A DNA stretch of 64,000 bases from Camelus ferus. Taxonomy: Eukaryota. Below, one piece after another: positions 59,985 through 64,000 of the stretch. The notes beneath the pieces were generated by a model. It did no database searches, was not told the DNA's origin, and saw only the letters and a list, made by a program, of their open reading frames with translations. The translations under genes and the position numbers were made by a program. The stretch is from positions 11,284,001 through 11,348,000 of the forward strand of contig NC_045721.1 in assembly GCF_009834535.1 (NCBI RefSeq), in the 5' to 3' direction. The stretch's first letter is position 1; each line of letters opens with the position of its first letter.

Positions 59985-62125
59985 ATCTGAAGAAGGGAAA
60001 AAAACCATATGTCATCTCAATAGATGCAGAAAAAGCACTGACAAATCCAGCATCCGTTTCTGGTTAAAGACTAGCAACAGTCTCAGAAGGCACTTCATCA
60101 AGAGAGTATCTGTGAAAGACCCACGTCTAACCTCGTACTGAATGAACAGGAACAAAGTAAAAATGTATGTTTTTACCACTTGCATTCAACATTGTGTAGG
60201 AGATTCTAGCCAGTGCAATAAGGAAAAAAAGAAGAAAAAGCCATTCAGACTTGAAAGGAAGGAGTGGAACTTTCAGTTCAATAATGGAATGATTGTGTTG
60301 AAAATCCCATGAAATCCACAAAAGGGATTAGAACTGATGTGTGTATTAAACAAGGTTGCGGGATATACTGTCAATACATAACAGTTACATCTCTATATAC
60401 TAGCAACAAACATTTGGAGATTGGTATTTTTTAAAATTTTATTTACAATAGCAACAAAAATACAAACAACTTTAGAATTCTTTCAGAAGATGTGCAAGAT
60501 CAGTAAGCTGAATATCAAAATGTTGCTGAAAGCAAAAGTTCTAAACAAATGGATATATACTGTGTTCAAGGGTTAGGAGACTCAGCGGTATTGTCTATTA
60601 GGATCGATAGTGCTGAATGTATAGTAATAATGTAGGATGTCAGTTACCTCAAAATTGATCTGTATATTCAGTGCAGTTCCAGCAGTTTTTTTTTGATTAA
60701 AAATTTACAAGTTTGTTATATGCTTTATAAGGAAACACAAAGCATCTAGAATAGTAAAAAAAATTTATTTTAAAAAGAAAGTTAGATGACTTAACAATAT
60801 TTTACTTCAAGGCATGCTCTAAAGCTAGAGCAATCAAAACAGTGCTGTATATAACAATAAATAGAACAATGGAAAAGAATAGGATCCAGAAATAGGCCCC
60901 CGACACATGGTCATTTGTTTTTTTAAATTTTCAAGCTGAAGGGGCAATTTAGGAGAAAGGTTAGCCTTTTCAAACACTGGTGCTGGAAAAAGTATATATC
61001 CGTATGGAAAAAAGTAACCTTGATTGATACACACATATATGTAAACTCAAAATGGATGATTGATGTAAATGTAAAACAAACTGTAAAGCTAGAAAAAACA
61101 AAATGTTTGTGAACTCAGGTTAGGCAAAGGTTTTTAGATGTACAACTAATAAATTGACTAACTGTACGTCATCAAAAGTAATTTCTGCTCTTTGAAGAAA
61201 ACTAAAACAATGAAAAGATAAGCCACAGCATCCAGGTTATGTAAAGAATCTCAAAAACACAACTGTGAGAAAAATAACCCAGTTTAAAATTGGGTATAAG
61301 ATTTGAATGGGCACCTGACCAAAGAAGGTACAGGAAGGGCAGATGAGCATGTGAAACTCAGCACGGTAAGGCATCAGGGAAATGCGAGTTAAAGCTACAG
61401 TGAGTCAGTGCACATCTATCAGAATGTCTAAAATTTGAAGGTCTGAACATACCAAGAGTAGGTGAGACTATGAAGGAACTGGGACTGTCATTCACTGGTG
61501 GGAAAGTAAAATGTTACAGTCAATTTGAAAAACATTTTGACAGTTTCTTTGAAATTTTGAATATATACCTGCTATATGACCTAACCATTTAATTTCTTCT
61601 TGTTTAGGAGAAACGGAAGCATATGTCCACAGAGAGATTTGGACATAAAGGAACTTTGCATCTTTACACGTAATGAGAAGAAACTGGAAACAAGCCAGAT
61701 GTTCATCACTTGGTGAGTAGATAAGCAAATTGTGGCGTGTCCATGTAATAGATTATTACTGAGCCAAAAATTGAAACGAATGATTGAGATATGCAATAAC
61801 ATAAATGAGTCCCAAAATAAGTATGCTGAGTGAAAGAAGTTAGACAAAAATGAATACTGAGCATATGATCTCATATACATAGAATGCTAGAAACTGCAAA
61901 TTAGCCTTTAGTGACCGAAAGCAGATCAGCAGTTGCTTGGTGTGGGGGGTGGAGCTGGAGGGCAGATGGGAGAATGTATCTGTAGGTGATAAACATGTTC
62001 ATTATCTTGATTGTGACGATGGCTTCATGAATATGTCAGTTTCATATATATGTATGTCAAATTTTATGAAATTGTACAATTTAAGTATATGCAAGTTCTG
62101 TGTATCAATACAAAGAGGTTAAATT
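59985..62125 (+). mobile_element. Old degenerate L1M (ORF2 RT region through 3' UTR), about 2.1 kb
   Basis: catctcaatagatgcagaaaaagcactgacaaa (ISIDAEKA-like), ttcaacattgtg...ctagccagtgcaataagg, ctatatactagcaacaa, and a 3' UTR with atgctgagtgaaagaag...atcttgattgtgacgatgg. Confidence 0.85.
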
Positions 62126-62129
62126 ATAC

Positions 62130-62430
62130 CTGCTCTCATAGAAAGATCTCCAGAATACATTTTTATGTGGCAAAATTGGAAGGCTTATGGAAGTATTTGT
62201 AGTATGCATCTATAAATAGAAGTATTTATTAGTATGGTTTTATTTGTTGAGTCTGGTCACTGAATGAGTTTTGAGAGAATTCACAAGATACCACCAACAG
62301 TTGTTCTCTCTGGGTCAAGAGATCTGAGTTTTTTGGGGTTGTAGAGGAAAAAGATGTTTTTGTTTTGTCTTGTTCCATACCATTTGAAGATTTTATGTGG
62401 TTTATATTATTACCTTCATAAGTAAATTCT
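62130..62430 (+). mobile_element. Old L1ME-like 3' fragment
   Basis: catagaaagatctccagaatacatt...caccaacagttgttctctctggg. Confidence 0.45.
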
Positions 62431-62644
62431 TTTTCACCAGAAAAGAGGCCTGGAAAGAATTGGGCAAAAAAGAAATCTTTCAGGAGTAAATTGTGCCCAA
62501 AGTAAGTGGAAGGGTGGTTCCACATCTGTGCAGATATCTGTATAGCCTGGTAATCATGCGTCTTGTGGAATCTAACTTTGTGTGTTCCTAAACTGCAAGA
62601 AAATTTGAACATTTGTAAAAACTGCTGCACTGTTGCGTACATAC

Positions 62645-63300
62645 TGTAGTGGAGACTGTCCCCAGATATTTGTTCTCCCTTTATGGCACAACAGTGGAAC
62701 TTTTAACAGCACGGAGTAATGAAAAACTGTCTTTCCCAGCTTCTCTCTACCTCACTTCCTCTGTCCTTTCCTCCCCGCGACGTCACCGTGTCTCTACTGT
62801 CCAGTCCACCCCTCCCCCAGTGGAGACGTCATGGTAGTCAGACTTCTTACATGATGGCTGAGGACTCCCAGGATGAATACCCCAAGAGAAACTGGCAGAA
62901 TTTTCATGTCTGTTTCCATCTGTCCGGGAAATCACACAGCATCACTTCTGCTACTTTAAGGGTCTGCCCAAGTTTAAGGGGAGGGGACATATATGCCACC
63001 TTCTTATGGGAGTGTGGATGTTTTAGAAGCATCACAAAGACCCTCCTTCCAAAGGCTGTGTGTGCTTGCACCCCTTTTCTCTTCCTCATCTTTCCCTCCA
63101 TCCTGCTGCCTGGAATATGGCTTTTACTGTCCTGGGCCACAAGGCTGAGGTCAGGACCGGCAGAGCAACATGACGGAGGGGGTCTGCCTCATTGTGAACC
63201 ATCACACAGCTCTTAACTACCTACTTGGAATCTTACTTCTGTCTTGTTGAAGAAAATGTCGTTTTGAGTTTTCTATCACTCACGGTCAAACCTAATACAT
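62645..63300 (+). mobile_element. MLT1J-like MaLR LTR interrupted by another LTR (pieces about 62645-62745 and 63037-63300)
   Basis: 5' piece tgtagtggagactg...aaaaactgtctttcccagc; 3' piece tcctgctgcctggaatatgg...ttttgagtttctatcactc...aaacctaat. Confidence 0.55.
62750..63036 (-). mobile_element. MLT1F/G/H-like MaLR LTR 5' part, inverted inside the MLT1J-like LTR
   Basis: The minus strand starts TGTGATG...ctcccataagaaggtggcatatatgtcccctccccttaaacttgggcagaccc...gcagaagtgatgctgtgtgatttcc. Confidence 0.6.
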
Positions 63301-64000
63301 ACTGGCTAGCAAGGACAGAAGCATTGGCTGTGAGAACCCTAAAAAGATCAGGTAGTGAGAGTAATCAGTGAGAACGCAGGAAAAATAACATCTTACTAAC
63401 CTACCACCCGTGAAAATCTGAAGTTCTTTTTATGGCTCACGAGGGAGAAGTTCTGTATTCTGCTTTCTATAGGTGGTTGAAGGGTCAGCCCTGAAGAACT
63501 AGGGTACGTTTGCTGGATTTGAATTGCACTGTGTCTAGTGTCAGGGGGAGGGGCTGTGTACTTTGAAGAGGTTGAAGCTGGGAGCCTGGGACAAAGCTCA
63601 TCTGGTTCATATCATTAGATTTCTTTGATCTAAACTCACAAATTCTCAGTCAAAAATCACTTCTTAACCGAAAGCAGTGTTTAGCATCATAAATGAGATG
63701 TGGGGTCAGATTCCAAGGGCTGCTTAATGTAAGGTGAGGGGATTATACGATGGGTAGCTATATATAGTATATACAGGAGTAACACAGTGTGACCCACTCC
63801 CACCGAAATTAACATTTTCCTACATGAAATATTCATGCAGTCACTTTGAGAAAAACTCCACAAAGTATCTGTGAAATTATTCTCTGAATTGTCTCTCCTT
63901 TGACCATATATCAATCGGGGTTTTCCTGTGTGTTATATCCTTTTATGTGAGTTCTTTCTAAATCAAGGATTGTAGCAGAATTAATTCTGATGCATTTTAA

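Noticed and set aside
59815-64000. 3' exons of a neighbouring gene such as LONRF1
   Set aside because: No recognisable coding sequence. The region is almost entirely L1 and MaLR remnants.

Overview
Mammalian genomic DNA, probably from a camelid (inferred from a vic-1-like tRNA-derived SINE and L1 3' tails of the camelid type). It is not microbial, so there are no operons, CRISPR arrays or rRNA. The only protein-coding content I can support is the last two coding exons of PRAG1 (SgK223/Pragmin/PEAK2 pseudokinase) on the + strand: 5812-6548 and 11502-12659, joined by a phase-0 GT-AG intron of 4953 nt. The upstream exons are not in the window. The remaining ~51 kb has no recognisable gene and is a layered transposon landscape: L1, L2, MIR, MLT1/ERV1 LTRs, Tigger and hAT MITEs, one SINE, and a 140-N assembly gap inside an L1. 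It also holds a two-LTR, apparently non-autonomous ERV provirus (54426-59814) with an Arg(ACG)-like PBS, a PPT and a decayed env TM remnant. I found no convincing new multi-gene system. The best leads are: (1) an orphan CpG-dense, promoter-like element about 340 nt after the PRAG1 stop, with a perfect NRF1 site, tandem-duplicated BANP-like sites and a splice donor; (2) the provirus with very divergent LTRs; (3) a possible miniature L1 3' transduction; (4) a 14-bp tandem repeat that creates paired ATF4:C/EBP sites. Repeat family names come from recalled consensus sequences and by-eye alignment. No database was searched, and most repeat boundaries are approximate.
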